DNA of 64,000 nt from Sulfurimonas sp. (GTDB taxonomy: Bacteria > Campylobacterota > Campylobacteria > Campylobacterales > Sulfurimonadaceae): the NCBI RefSeq assembly GCF_028714975.1, contig NZ_JAQTLH010000005.1:53957-117956 (forward strand). The letters run 5' to 3'. The notes below the pieces were generated by a model, which saw only the letters and a program-made list of their open reading frames with translations, had not been told where the DNA came from and searched no databases. Shown piece by piece: positions 8,423 through 17,684 of this stretch. The translations under genes and the position numbers were made by a program. Numbering within the stretch: the stretch's first letter is position 1; each line of letters begins with the position of its first letter.

Positions 8423-8533
8423 TAAAATAAACTTTCAATCAAAAAAACAAATTTAATCAAATTACGCTAAAACCCTTGACTTTTATTACGGAATTTCTGT
8501 GAAATAAATGGATGAAAATTGTATAATAAGCTT

Positions 8534-8977
8534 ATGAAATATTATAGCTATGAAAATTTTAAAATTGATACAAACACTCTAATCAAAGAAGTTAAGAGCG
8601 TGGGTTTTGATGCAATAGTCGCGATTGCAAGAGGCGGTCTGACTCTTTCACATGCAATGGCAGAGGGTTTAAATATTCGTCAGGTTCAAAGTATTAAAAC
8701 TGAGCTTTATGACGGAAGTATAAAGAGAGAACGCATTACAGTGTCGGGTAGATGTGAGTTTAAAGATGTTAATAGAGTTTTGGTTGTTGATGATATTTCT
8801 GACAGCGGCGATACGCTAAAAGCCGTTATGCAATATCTAAAAAGTGAATTTCAAGATATAGAGTTCAAATCTGCAACTCTTTTTTATAAAAAAACATCTA
8901 TCTATGAACCGGACTTTTGGGTAAATGAAGCAGATGATTGGATTGATTTTTTCTGGGAGAGGGATTTTTTAGAGTAA
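8534..8977 (+). CDS. gpt: Purine phosphoribosyltransferase (xanthine-guanine PRT-like)
   Basis: The ORF track gives 8519-8977 from TTG; the ATG at 8534 is preferred. PRPP-binding loop 'VLVVDDISDSGDTL'. 'IVAIARGGL' parallels E. coli Gpt 'IIAVSRGGL'. About 150 aa, like Gpt. Confidence 0.65.
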   Translation: MKYYSYENFKIDTNTLIKEVKSVGFDAIVAIARGGLTLSHAMAEGLNIRQVQSIKTELYDGSIKRERITVSGRCEFKDVNRVLVVDDISDSGDTLKAVMQYLKSEFQDIEFKSATLFYKKTSIYEPDFWVNEADDWIDFFWERDFLE

Positions 8978-8978
8978 T

Positions 8979-9341
8979 TTAATTATTTCTCCAATAACCG
9001 TTTCTTTTTTTAAAATCGGTTTCGTAAATGTAGCCTGAAATGTCGATTAGTGTTTGCATATCAAATCCAAGATCAGGCATAAGACCGTGTTTTTTAATTG
9101 CGTCATGCATCAAAGAAGTTTTTTCTTGAGGATTTTTTACCCATTTTGACATATAAGAAACAAACTCTTCTTTAGTTTTAAACGCCTTTATATATCTATC
9201 CTTAAATTCTAAAACCGACGGTGCAGATAATGTTTTTGTTTCGTTGTGGCAAGTTAAACAGTTACCGTTAAAGAGCAATGAGCCTACATCGTCTGCGAAA
9301 GATAAAGCAGAGATGAAAATTGCAAGGAGAGCATATCTCAT
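8979..9341 (-). CDS. Periplasmic class I c-type cytochrome
   Basis: Signal peptide MRYALLAIFISALSFA, haem motif CLTCH, and a distal Met in 'HGLMPD'. Confidence 0.8.
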   Translation of the reverse strand: MRYALLAIFISALSFADDVGSLLFNGNCLTCHNETKTLSAPSVLEFKDRYIKAFKTKEEFVSYMSKWVKNPQEKTSLMHDAIKKHGLMPDLGFDMQTLIDISGYIYETDFKKRNGYWRNN

Positions 9342-9345
9342 AATA

Positions 9346-10098
9346 CTACTTTCTATGAGATTTTATCATCTCGTAAGCTTGATTTATATCTTGGGTTTTT
9401 GCGGTTGCCTCTTGCATGTAAGCATCGTCTTTACCTTGAGATTTTATAATGTCCGGATGATATTCCCTAATTAATTTTCTATATGCTTTTTTAATTGTAT
9501 CCATATCGTCGTTTTCACTAACGCCTAGAAGTTTGTATGCATCATCTATATTTACTTTTGGTTTGATGTTATGCATCATCTCTTCAAACTGATCAAATAT
9601 TGCATGATAAACATTCGGGTCAAATTCAAATGCCTCTGCAATAGAAGCCAACACGCTCTCTTCACCCTTGCTAACTTCTCCGTCAACAAAAGAGAGTTGG
9701 ATTAAGAATCCCATAAATTGGTGCTGTTTTGCTTTATCTCTTTTGATTGCGATGTTAAGTCTCTCTGCAATCTCTTGAGTGTTATCGGAGATATCTTTTT
9801 GTTCGTTAAAAATCTCTTTAAGTATATCTCTTGTCTTTTGCGGTTCCGGAAACAGTGCCGAGATATCATCAAACATAATACCGATAAGTTCAGCTTCAAG
9901 AGCATCGACTCTCCCGTCTGCTTTTGCAACTTTTGCGACAAGTGCGACAAAAAGACCTAAATCACTATTTTGCAGGGACTCTTTAGAGATAGAAAAATTT
10001 TTAAAAGCTTCTTTGGAATAATTAGTATATTTTGAATAGCTTTTAAATATCCAGTAAAAAAATGCGCCTACAATAGCCAGTAATATTATATTTCCCAT
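9346..10098 (-). CDS. djlA: DnaJ-like co-chaperone DjlA (TM + TerB-like + J domain)
   Basis: The ORF track extends to 10200. The ATG at 10098 (MGNIILLAIVGAFFYWIF, with a GGAG RBS) is preferred. The C-terminal J domain has 'YRKLIREYHPD'. Confidence 0.75.
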   Translation of the reverse strand: MGNIILLAIVGAFFYWIFKSYSKYTNYSKEAFKNFSISKESLQNSDLGLFVALVAKVAKADGRVDALEAELIGIMFDDISALFPEPQKTRDILKEIFNEQKDISDNTQEIAERLNIAIKRDKAKQHQFMGFLIQLSFVDGEVSKGEESVLASIAEAFEFDPNVYHAIFDQFEEMMHNIKPKVNIDDAYKLLGVSENDDMDTIKKAYRKLIREYHPDIIKSQGKDDAYMQEATAKTQDINQAYEMIKSHRK

Positions 10099-10120
10099 AA
10101 CTCTCCTTTTATTAACTGAT

Positions 10121-10247
10121 GTTACGCACAAATAGGAGCGAAGCCCCTTTTTGTGGCAGGGACACATTTGTCCCTTGCAACCCCCTAAAGCTACCCGCAA
10201 ATGCGGGAGAGTAAGAGGTTTTTACGCACTTTTAGTGCGTAAGGTCA
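10121..10247 (+). repeat. Intergenic palindromic repeat element, family 1, copy 1 (MITE/REP-like)
   Basis: The core 'GGCAGGGACACATTTGTCCCTTGCAACCCCCTAAAGCTAC' (10155-10194) recurs at 44053-44090. It is bounded by TTACGCAC ... GTGCGTAA inverted ends and contains several internal hairpins. Confidence 0.7.
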
Positions 10248-10300
10248 ATTATTAATTGCATAATTATAAGAAATGGAAGCTAATAAAGAGATATAAATTC

Positions 10301-11080
10301 TCAGTTACTCGTAAGTTTATGGTAAACCCTTTTTGCGGTAATCTTTCCAACCCAAAAAACTTCACCCATAAAAGCTTCTTTCATATATCCGTCATTATCA
10401 AATGCGACAAGAACATCTACTATTCTGTCACCCTTGTCAAACGGTTCTACACGCATGTTATATATATTTTCTGCATTAGTGGAAAACTTTAACATTGCAG
10501 AGTTTCTATCCTTGCCTTCTAAATATGATACTAAAACATTATTTTTATCGTTATGCGCTCCCACGGCGACTAAATTATAACTTTTTTGTTTTGCATTGCA
10601 GTTGATTTTTGTATTAAGATAAGCACTAAGCGAATCATTGTCCATATATTGATCTTCTATTTTCTCCTCTTTAGAGGTCTCTTGCACTTCTTTAAACGTT
10701 AAATTGGGTCTAAGACGAGTTACCAATTTTGTTGTTTCTTCTACAAGTTTAATCTCTTTTTTTTCGTGATTAAAGGAGTAAGTCAGATGTTTTGTTTTTT
10801 TTGTAGTCTCTTTGATTTTTACAAAAGTATCGGGGATATACCTGCCGTTAATTATTTTGCCCTTACTTATAAAAGTTTCGACTCTATTGCTTAAAAGTGT
10901 TGCCGCAACACCTATTGTATAGGCTACAAGTTTTATTTCATAATTTTTACCGTCTTCTTTGAGTGTAACATCGGCATAACCGACATGGTCAAATAAGCTG
11001 ACATGAACATCATATCGTGTTGAAAAATCTTGTGCAAAAATAGAGCTTATAAATAAACATGCCAATAAGATATGTTTCAT
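10301..11080 (-). CDS. Secreted hypothetical protein (possibly DUF3108-like)
   Basis: Signal peptide MKHILLACLFISSIFAQ, followed by beta-rich sequence. No catalytic motif recognised. Confidence 0.55.
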   Translation of the reverse strand: MKHILLACLFISSIFAQDFSTRYDVHVSLFDHVGYADVTLKEDGKNYEIKLVAYTIGVAATLLSNRVETFISKGKIINGRYIPDTFVKIKETTKKTKHLTYSFNHEKKEIKLVEETTKLVTRLRPNLTFKEVQETSKEEKIEDQYMDNDSLSAYLNTKINCNAKQKSYNLVAVGAHNDKNNVLVSYLEGKDRNSAMLKFSTNAENIYNMRVEPFDKGDRIVDVLVAFDNDGYMKEAFMGEVFWVGKITAKRVYHKLTSN

Positions 11081-11122
11081 ACTCTACCTCCTATGTCTCT
11101 TTATTATACCTAAATTTATATT

Positions 11123-12163
11123 TTAATCAATATTTCCAAAATAGAAATCTACATAAAACCCTAGCTTATAATTTGGCTCATAATCATACTGCCTATGAAA
11201 ACTAATAGACGGTTTAATTTCATATGTAATCCACTTGCGAAAAATATCTTGACGCCAAGAAACGGAGCTTGAGTAGTCGCTTATGCCGGAATATCGCTCT
11301 GGTGCAGCATCGCAAACATATTTTGAATTACCCCAAAACTCCTGAGAAATGCTAAATCCTTTTCTATCCGAGAGTGCCAAATAGTAAGCGAAGATTACTG
11401 CATAGTCAAACCCGTCAATAGAGGCTTGCGTCTTACGATGAAGCGTTGTTCTAAAAAGAGAGTGTTCATTTAAAATTTTATCAAAATAGATATTTGTCTC
11501 TTCGCTAAAGTCGTATTTTGATGAGTATTTAAATTGTTGTACCGGTTTAATTAACCAATTTTCATATTTAAAATCTTTACTGTATCTAGCACTTGCATAA
11601 GCAGACAAACCTTTAACGCCTAATGAGTATTTTGATCTAATATTTTTATATAAAGGTGCGAAATAGCTAACCCCTACATCCGCCCCCTTTTCTTTGTTGT
11701 TAGGTAAGGTTTTACTCAAATCATCTTCGTTTATATCGTCAACGAAAAACTGAAGGCTCTCCTGAGATCTTATAAGAGGTATTTGTGCTCTTATTCTAGG
11801 GCTAAATGAAGTTGACTCTTTTGATTGAAAAAGAGTGCCTAATCGAACTTGAATAAAACTTGCTTCACTCTCCTCTATATAAACTTCACCTTTAAAAAAT
11901 TCATCAATAGATCTTTGCTCTTCAAAAAATGAATCAACTCTCTTTTTTTCTCTTTCGTCACAATATAAATCCTCATCCCCACTGCTAATCCATCTGCTGA
12001 TACCTCGGTCAATACCGTCAAATATATTTATGACTTTTTTTGAAATTTTCTCCTGTTTTTCGTCAATGTACTCGACAAATGTTCTATTAGTCGTATTGCT
12101 ATCCGCAACCGCATTTAAAACAAAAAATAGGTACGATACAAAAATCAAGGCACGAAACGACAT
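11123..12163 (-). CDS. Secreted / outer-membrane-like hypothetical protein
   Basis: Signal peptide MSFRALIFVSYLFFVLNAVA, and an aromatic-rich alternating C-terminal half suggestive of a beta-barrel. Confidence 0.5.
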   Translation of the reverse strand: MSFRALIFVSYLFFVLNAVADSNTTNRTFVEYIDEKQEKISKKVINIFDGIDRGISRWISSGDEDLYCDEREKKRVDSFFEEQRSIDEFFKGEVYIEESEASFIQVRLGTLFQSKESTSFSPRIRAQIPLIRSQESLQFFVDDINEDDLSKTLPNNKEKGADVGVSYFAPLYKNIRSKYSLGVKGLSAYASARYSKDFKYENWLIKPVQQFKYSSKYDFSEETNIYFDKILNEHSLFRTTLHRKTQASIDGFDYAVIFAYYLALSDRKGFSISQEFWGNSKYVCDAAPERYSGISDYSSSVSWRQDIFRKWITYEIKPSISFHRQYDYEPNYKLGFYVDFYFGNID

Positions 12164-12205
12164 AATCTTTCCTCCGCTTATGTTAATGATTATAACCTAT
12201 TTTCA

Positions 12206-13120
12206 ATGAAAATAGTAGGTATACTTTCATCTATGAAATATATAAAAGAATTAAATAACGGTGTTAAATATATGCTTGCGGCATCATTTTTGTTTGCAAT
12301 TATGGGTGCATTTGCAAAACTTGCTTCACAACATATGAGCTCTTTGGAAGTTGTCTTTTTTAGGAATCTCTTCGGTGTAGTCCTGATAGGTTATGCCATA
12401 TACAAAACTCCTATGAAACAAAGCGGAGGCAAGCCTTTTTTACTCTTTTTTCGTGGTTTTATGGGTTTTGTCTCTCTTCTTGCCTATTTTTATAATATCG
12501 CACATATTCCGATGGGAGATGCCGTTACATTTTCAAAAACGGCACCGATTTTTACTGCTGTTTTTGCTTGGTTATTTTTAAACGAAAAGCTCACTTTTAG
12601 TGCTTGGCTTGCAGTTTTTGTCGGCTTCATCGGAATTTTGCTTATAACTCAACCCAGCGGAATCGCCTTTAGCAAATATGATTTACTCGGGATTTTTAGC
12701 GGTATAGGTGCGGCACTTGCCTACACATCCGTAAGAGAGCTTAGAAGTTATTACGATACAAGGATGATAGTTCTCTCTTTTACATTGGTCGGAACAATAG
12801 GTCCGATTATTCTTTTTGTCTTATCAAAATATTTTTATATGACAGAGTTGGATTTTATGATGGGCGAGTTTGTTATGCCTAGCGGAGTCGTGTGGCTATA
12901 TGTAGTCGGGCTTGGGATTTTAGGGACGCTTTCACAATACTATATGACTAAAGCGTATGGCGAAACAAAAGCCGGAATCGTGGGAGCCGTGAGTTACTCA
13001 AATATTGTTTTTGCTATTTTAATCGGGGTTTTTCTTGGAGATTCTTTGCCGAATTTTATAACTACATGCGGTATTATTCTTATCGTCGGTGCCGGAATAG
13101 CGGTGGCAAAAACTAAATAA
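12206..13120 (+). CDS. EamA/DMT-family transporter
   Basis: About 10 hydrophobic helices with two-fold internal symmetry. 'AIFYNIAHIPMGDAVTF' and 'TKAYGETKAGIVGAVSY' are typical EamA repeat features. Confidence 0.7.
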   Translation: MKIVGILSSMKYIKELNNGVKYMLAASFLFAIMGAFAKLASQHMSSLEVVFFRNLFGVVLIGYAIYKTPMKQSGGKPFLLFFRGFMGFVSLLAYFYNIAHIPMGDAVTFSKTAPIFTAVFAWLFLNEKLTFSAWLAVFVGFIGILLITQPSGIAFSKYDLLGIFSGIGAALAYTSVRELRSYYDTRMIVLSFTLVGTIGPIILFVLSKYFYMTELDFMMGEFVMPSGVVWLYVVGLGILGTLSQYYMTKAYGETKAGIVGAVSYSNIVFAILIGVFLGDSLPNFITTCGIILIVGAGIAVAKTK

Positions 13121-13189
13121 GGCGGGTTTAAATTCGTAATTTAAACTCATTATGATATAATCATTTTTTATTTTTTATAAGGCAGATAT

Positions 13190-13981
13190 ATGAAACTACT
13201 CGCTGGACCTTGTGTTATAGAGAGTGAAGAGAACATCTTTAAAATCGCCAAGGCTTTAGAGATTTATCAAAATGATTCAACTATAGACTTTTATTTTAAA
13301 TCCAGTTTTGATAAAGCCAACCGTACATCGCTTGATAGTTTTCGCGGTTTAGGTATAGAAGAGGGACTTAGAATTTTAGAAAAAGTCAAAAATGATTTTG
13401 GATACAAAGTAGTTACGGATGTGCATGAATCGCATCAGGTAGCTCAAGTAGCAGAAGTTGTAGATATGCTTCAAATCCCTGCATTTTTATGCCGCCAAAC
13501 CGACCTGCTTGTTGCATGTGCAAAAACTACAAAAGAGGTAAATATCAAAAAAGGGCAGTTTATAAACCCGCCCGATATGAGATACTCCGTAGCAAAAGTG
13601 CTTAAAACCCGCGGTTGCGATGAGGTAAGTTATGAAAATTCCAAAAAACACGGAGTTTATCTATGCGAGAGAGGCTCATCTTTTGGCTATGGAAACATCG
13701 TTGTAGATATGCGTTCGCTTGTAATTATGAGAGAGTTTGCACCGACAATATTTGATGCGACTCACTCAGTTCAAGCACCGGGTGCGCTTGGCGGAAAAAC
13801 AGGCGGAGATAGAACAATGGTGCCTTACTTGGCTAGTGCTGCGGCAGCAGTCGGAGTGGACGGTTTCTTTTTTGAAACTCATTTTGACCCAAGCATAGCA
13901 CTAAGTGATGGTCCAAATATGATAAAACTAGACGAGCTAGAGGCTCTAATAACAAAGATAAAAAAGATAAGAGAGATATAA
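13190..13981 (+). CDS. kdsA: 3-deoxy-8-phosphooctulonate synthase
   Basis: 'AGPCVIES', '[12 protein letters not shown]', 'TDVHE', '[13 protein letters not shown]', '[10 protein letters not shown]', 'FDATHSVQ'. Confidence 0.9.
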   Translation: MKLLAGPCVIESEENIFKIAKALEIYQNDSTIDFYFKSSFDKANRTSLDSFRGLGIEEGLRILEKVKNDFGYKVVTDVHESHQVAQVAEVVDMLQIPAFLCRQTDLLVACAKTTKEVNIKKGQFINPPDMRYSVAKVLKTRGCDEVSYENSKKHGVYLCERGSSFGYGNIVVDMRSLVIMREFAPTIFDATHSVQAPGALGGKTGGDRTMVPYLASAAAAVGVDGFFFETHFDPSIALSDGPNMIKLDELEALITKIKKIREI

Positions 13982-14118
13982 CTCTCTCTTTTGAAAAAAG
14001 AGTAGCTTTAGTGACCACAGCGGTCTAAGCGAAGTAAAAGGGACTTGTTCCTTTTACGGACAAATAATAGGGAAAAGGTTCCCTTGAATTTTATGAAATA
14101 AAATATAAGGAAAAATAG

Positions 14119-14583
14119 ATGAAGTTAATCGAAGGTAAATTAAAAGTCGTAAACGGCAAGAGAGTTGCAATAGTAAGTACGAGATGGAATCACTTTATTG
14201 TTGATAGACTAGTAGAGGGTGCAAAGGATGCATTTGCACGCCATGGCGGAAATGATGAGGATTTGACTCATGTTTTAGCACCAGGTGCATTTGAGCTGCC
14301 TATGGTGATAGACCAGCTTTTAAATAGCGGTAAATATGATGCAGTATGCGCACTAGGCGCTGTTATAAGAGGTTCGACTCCACATTTTGACTATGTTTCG
14401 GCTGAGGCTACAAAAGGAATCGCAACGGTAAGTTTAAAACATAAAAAACCTGTCTCTTTTGGACTTTTAACGACTGATACGATTGAGCAGGCGATTGAGA
14501 GAGCCGGAACAAAAGCGGGCAACAAAGGTTTTGAAGCGATGACGGTAGTAATCGAACTTTTAGATCTTTACGAGAATTTATAA
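14119..14583 (+). CDS. ribH: 6,7-dimethyl-8-ribityllumazine synthase
   Basis: '[20 protein letters not shown]', 'PGAFELP', '[14 protein letters not shown]'. Confidence 0.9.
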   Translation: MKLIEGKLKVVNGKRVAIVSTRWNHFIVDRLVEGAKDAFARHGGNDEDLTHVLAPGAFELPMVIDQLLNSGKYDAVCALGAVIRGSTPHFDYVSAEATKGIATVSLKHKKPVSFGLLTTDTIEQAIERAGTKAGNKGFEAMTVVIELLDLYENL

Positions 14584-14981
14584 TGGCTACTAGACAACAA
14601 GCAAGAATGGCAGTTGTAAGCCTGCTTTATGCATTTGATTTGGGAAACGGAAACATTGCACAACATACGGACGAGATACTAGAAGAGAAAAAAATTCGCA
14701 ATAAGCAAAAAGATTTTGCACTCACTCTTTATGAGGGCGTAATGCAAAATATAAAAGTTGTTGATGATGCTATAATCAAACACTTAAAAGAGTGGGATTT
14801 TGAGAGACTAGGAGCTATCGAGAGAGCAACTCTTAGACTTGCAACTTATGAGATACTTTTTGGCGAACTTGACTCTGCGGTGGTTATAAACGAAGCTGTT
14901 GAAATCACAAAAGCGTTTGGAACTGAACAGTCTCCAAAATTTATAAACGGTGTGTTAGACGCAATTTCTAAAGATAAGTAA
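14583..14981 (+). CDS. nusB: Transcription antitermination factor NusB
   Basis: 'RQQARMAVVSLLYAFDL', 'ERATLRLATYEIL', 'VVINEAVEITKAFG', 'KFINGVLD'. Follows ribH as in many bacteria. Confidence 0.9.
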   Translation: MATRQQARMAVVSLLYAFDLGNGNIAQHTDEILEEKKIRNKQKDFALTLYEGVMQNIKVVDDAIIKHLKEWDFERLGAIERATLRLATYEILFGELDSAVVINEAVEITKAFGTEQSPKFINGVLDAISKDK

Positions 14982-14984
14982 AAA

Positions 14985-16034
14985 ATGAAAAGATTGACAA
15001 AAGAAGAAGCGCTTTACCTCATAAAAAATGCGGATTTAAAAGAGCTGGGACGCATGGCGACTGCGCGTAAAAAAGAGCTTCATCCCGATAACATTACTAC
15101 TTTTGTAGTTGATAGAAATATTAATTATACTAATATCTGTTGGGTGGATTGCAAATTTTGCGCATTTTACAGACATGAAAAAGATGCGGATGCTTATGTG
15201 CTTACATTTGATGAGATTGATGCGAAGATAGACGAGCTGCTTGAAATCGGCGGAACACAGATACTTTTTCAAGGCGGAGTTCATCCAAAACTAAAAATCG
15301 AGTGGTATGAGGATTTGGTTGAGCATATTCATACAAAATATCCGACTATTACAATTCACGGTTTTTCATCCATTGAGATAGATTTTATCGCTAAAGTCTC
15401 TCACGTAAGCGTTGAAGAGGTTTTAGAAAGGCTTCATGCAAAAGGTTTAGCTTCTATCCCCGGAGCAGGTGCCGAGATACTAAGTGATAAAGTAAGAGAT
15501 ATCATCGCTCCAAAAAAGATAGATAGCGATGTGTGGATAGATATACACAGAAAAGCTCATAAGCTCGGAATTATGTCGACGGCTACTATGATGTACGGAA
15601 CAATTGAGAGCGACGAAGATATCGTAGATCATTTCGATATGATAAGAAAGCTTCAAGATGAAACGCACGGTTTTAGAGCTTTTATAATGTGGAGTTTTCA
15701 GAGTCAAAATACGGAGCTTTTACAACTCTTTCCTGATATGGATAAACCCTCTTCAAACCGCTATTTAAGACTTCTTGCAGTTGCCAGACTCTACCTTGAC
15801 AATGTACCCAATATCCAAAGCTCTTGGGTTACACAAGGTCCTTACATAGGTCAAATGGCACTAATGTTCGGAGCAAACGATTTGGGTTCTACTATGATGG
15901 AAGAGAATGTCGTAAGCAGTGCAGGAGCTGCGTACAAGATGGCAAAAGAGGAGATGGTTCATCTAATAAAAGATATAGATGAGATACCGGCCGTACGAAA
16001 TACGGCTTATGAAATTTTAGAGAAATTTGCATAA
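14985..16034 (+). CDS. Radical SAM enzyme of the futalosine menaquinone pathway (MqnC/MqnE family)
   Basis: 'NINYTNICWVDCKFCAF' carries the CxxxCxxC cluster. 'GGTQILFQGGVHP', 'PGAGAEIL', 'TATMMYG' and 'GFRAFIMWSFQ' are also present. I cannot separate MqnC from MqnE by eye. Confidence 0.7.
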   Translation: MKRLTKEEALYLIKNADLKELGRMATARKKELHPDNITTFVVDRNINYTNICWVDCKFCAFYRHEKDADAYVLTFDEIDAKIDELLEIGGTQILFQGGVHPKLKIEWYEDLVEHIHTKYPTITIHGFSSIEIDFIAKVSHVSVEEVLERLHAKGLASIPGAGAEILSDKVRDIIAPKKIDSDVWIDIHRKAHKLGIMSTATMMYGTIESDEDIVDHFDMIRKLQDETHGFRAFIMWSFQSQNTELLQLFPDMDKPSSNRYLRLLAVARLYLDNVPNIQSSWVTQGPYIGQMALMFGANDLGSTMMEENVVSSAGAAYKMAKEEMVHLIKDIDEIPAVRNTAYEILEKFA

Positions 16035-16035
16035 A

Positions 16036-17319
16036 ATGAAAAAAATAGTTTTAACACTACTAATTTTAGGAAATATAATAATGGCAGCGACAATAGATAA
16101 GATAGAAGTAAACGGGGTAGATATTCCCGTTATTTTTGAACAAGACAAAAGATTGCCTCTTGTAACGATGCAGTTTATCTTTAAAAACAGTGGAAATGTA
16201 GCAGATACGACAAAAGCCGGTTTAGCAAAATTTAGTGCAAGAGTGATGAATGAGGGAACCAAAGAGCTTGGTTCAAGTGCATTTGCCGAGGCGCTTGAGA
16301 GCAGAGCCATACATATATCGGCTTCAACCGGAGTTGAGACATTTGTTATGGAAGTTGGATGTTTAAAAGAGGAGTTTGAGGAAGGACTAAAATATTTTGA
16401 CCTGCTATTAAAAGACCCAAATTTAACGCAAGAGACTATAACCAAAGTAAAAACTACTACGCTGGGTTCTCTTGCAAGCAAAGAGAATGATTTTGACTAT
16501 ATAGCTTCAAATGAGTTAAAAGCACTTCTTTTTGAAGGCAGCGTGCTTGCAAATCCATCTTCTGGAACGGTGGAAAGTGTAAAAAGTATTGAGCTTGACG
16601 ATGTTAAAAAATTTATAGCAGAAAATCTGGTTGCTTCTAAACTAATAGTAGTTGTAGGCGGAGATATCGAATCAAAAGATATAAAAGAAAAAGCGTCAAA
16701 AATCATAAAATCCATGCCTATTGGCAAAAATGGTGAAGTAAAAAACTACTCCGTTACAAAAGAGCCTAAAGAGAAGATAGTTACAAAAGAGACTGAGCAG
16801 GCTTATGTATATTTTGGTTCACCATATAATATTAGCGTTGACTCAGAAGATAACTATAAAGCAAAAGTCGCTACATTCGTCTTGGGTGCAGGCGGTTTTG
16901 GATCAAGACTTATGGAAGAGATAAGAGTTAAAAGAGGTCTTGCATACTCGGCTTATGCAAAAGTGGATATTACAAAATCAAGCAGCTATATGAACGGACA
17001 TCTGCAAACAAAATTAGAGTCTCTTGAGGAGGCTAAAAAAACAGTTAAAGATGTTGTGGCACAATTTGTAAAAGGCGGTGTTACTCAAGATGAACTTGAG
17101 CAGACTAAAAAGTTTTTACTCGGAAGCGAACCTCTGAGGGTTGAGACAATGAGCCAGAGATTAAACAGAACTTTTATGGAGTACTATAAAGGTCAAGAAT
17201 TAGGGTTCTCTATAAAAGAGTTAGAGCTAATTAAAAATCTGAAACTAAAGGATTTGAATGAGTTTATAAAAGCTCATAAAGAGATTTTAGAGATGAGTTT
17301 TGCGATAGTAACAAAATAG
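16036..17319 (+). CDS. M16 (pitrilysin) family peptidase-like protein, secreted, apparently lacking the HxxEH zinc motif
   Basis: The ORF track gives 16027 from TTG; the ATG at 16036 is preferred. Signal peptide MKKIVLTLLILGNIIMA. 'AKFSARVMNEGT' occupies the position of HxxEH..GT. The C-terminal M16C-like half has 'RLMEEIRVKRGLAYS'. Confidence 0.65.
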   Translation: MKKIVLTLLILGNIIMAATIDKIEVNGVDIPVIFEQDKRLPLVTMQFIFKNSGNVADTTKAGLAKFSARVMNEGTKELGSSAFAEALESRAIHISASTGVETFVMEVGCLKEEFEEGLKYFDLLLKDPNLTQETITKVKTTTLGSLASKENDFDYIASNELKALLFEGSVLANPSSGTVESVKSIELDDVKKFIAENLVASKLIVVVGGDIESKDIKEKASKIIKSMPIGKNGEVKNYSVTKEPKEKIVTKETEQAYVYFGSPYNISVDSEDNYKAKVATFVLGAGGFGSRLMEEIRVKRGLAYSAYAKVDITKSSSYMNGHLQTKLESLEEAKKTVKDVVAQFVKGGVTQDELEQTKKFLLGSEPLRVETMSQRLNRTFMEYYKGQELGFSIKELELIKNLKLKDLNEFIKAHKEILEMSFAIVTK

Positions 17320-17325
17320 GCTTTA

Positions 17326-17391
17326 TATAGATTGCTTCACTTTGTTCGCAATGACTGTTATTGCGAGGAGTTTACGACGAAGCAATCTATA
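17326..17391 (+). repeat. Intergenic palindromic repeat, family 2, copy A
   Basis: TATAGATTGCTTC...TCGCAATGACTGTTATTGCGA...GAAGCAATCTATA. It has terminal and internal inverted repeats. Confidence 0.75.
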
Positions 17392-17573
17392 CCATAAAAA
17401 GAATTTAATAAATTATATGACAATTTGCAATATTTTTTAAAAAGTTTTTTGATTTTTTCTATAATGATGTTGTCGCCACCCAAAAGGTGGGACAAAAATT
17501 ACCAACAGGAATTGAGTTAGAGGTCCCCACCTCTAGCTCTCCTTTGGTAATTATAACAAAAAAAAGGAAAATT

Positions 17574-17684
17574 ATGGAAAATTTAGCAGATACTTTACTC
17601 ACTCTTATTATTGTTGTTATGGTTTTTATGATTGGAAATCTACACTCAAGAGTAAAAAAACTAGAAGATAGTTCAAGTAAATAA
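17574..17684 (+). CDS. Possible 36-aa single-pass membrane micro-protein upstream of recG
   Basis: AAAAGGAAAATTATG RBS. Translation MENLADTLLTLIIVVMVFMIGNLHSRVKKLEDSSSK. Its stop is 2 nt before the recG ATG. The longer 17487 start in the ORF track covers a structured leader. Confidence 0.35.
   Translation: MENLADTLLTLIIVVMVFMIGNLHSRVKKLEDSSSK

Larger units (their letters stand above)
1..8425 (+). mobile_element. Phage-like / rolling-circle replicon block; left end lies outside the window
   Basis: About 17 tightly packed + strand ORFs and none is housekeeping: Rep-like, M15 peptidase, tail-fibre-like N-terminus, Ser-rich coiled-coil protein, small membrane proteins. The block ends at hairpin 8391-8422, just before a core phosphoribosyltransferase gene. 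No integrase or att repeat is visible inside the window. Confidence 0.55.

Noticed and set aside
1-8425. Assigning the phage-like block to Inoviridae, Microviridae or Corticoviridae.
   Set aside because: There is no Zot/pI-type or FtsK-type ATPase (no Walker A in any ORF), no secretin, and no large F-type or double-jelly-roll capsid recognisable by eye. The M15 lysin argues against a non-lytic inovirus. The element is incomplete in the window, so no family call is justified.
8519-8536. Possible leaderless gpt mRNA: a TGTATAAT box ends only about 7 nt before the ATG at 8534.
   Set aside because: A single -10-like match in AT-rich DNA is weak evidence. An upstream TTGACT at 8476 could equally belong to a conventional promoter. 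It cannot be decided without TSS data.
16017-16481. 154-aa minus-strand ORF, plus similar long antisense ORFs: 2176-2421, 3324-3578, 9702-10021, 18494-18954, 32474-33595, 34807-35112, 36791-37206, 48566-50464.
   Set aside because: These are shadow ORFs opposite well-supported genes (M16 peptidase, recG, kinase, uvrC, pnp and others). They have low-complexity or odd composition and no motifs.
16036-17319. M16 peptidase lacking the HxxEH zinc motif, considered as an oddity.
   Set aside because: Non-catalytic M16 subunits or paralogs are common and usually pair with an active subunit encoded elsewhere. This is ordinary.
17472-17560. preQ1-type or other known riboswitch in the recG leader.
   Set aside because: The AGAGGT-CCCC-ACCTCT hairpin superficially resembles the preQ1-I P1 stem. 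However, its loop is only 4 nt and the conserved loop and A-rich tail pairing are absent. I could not recognise any other riboswitch consensus.
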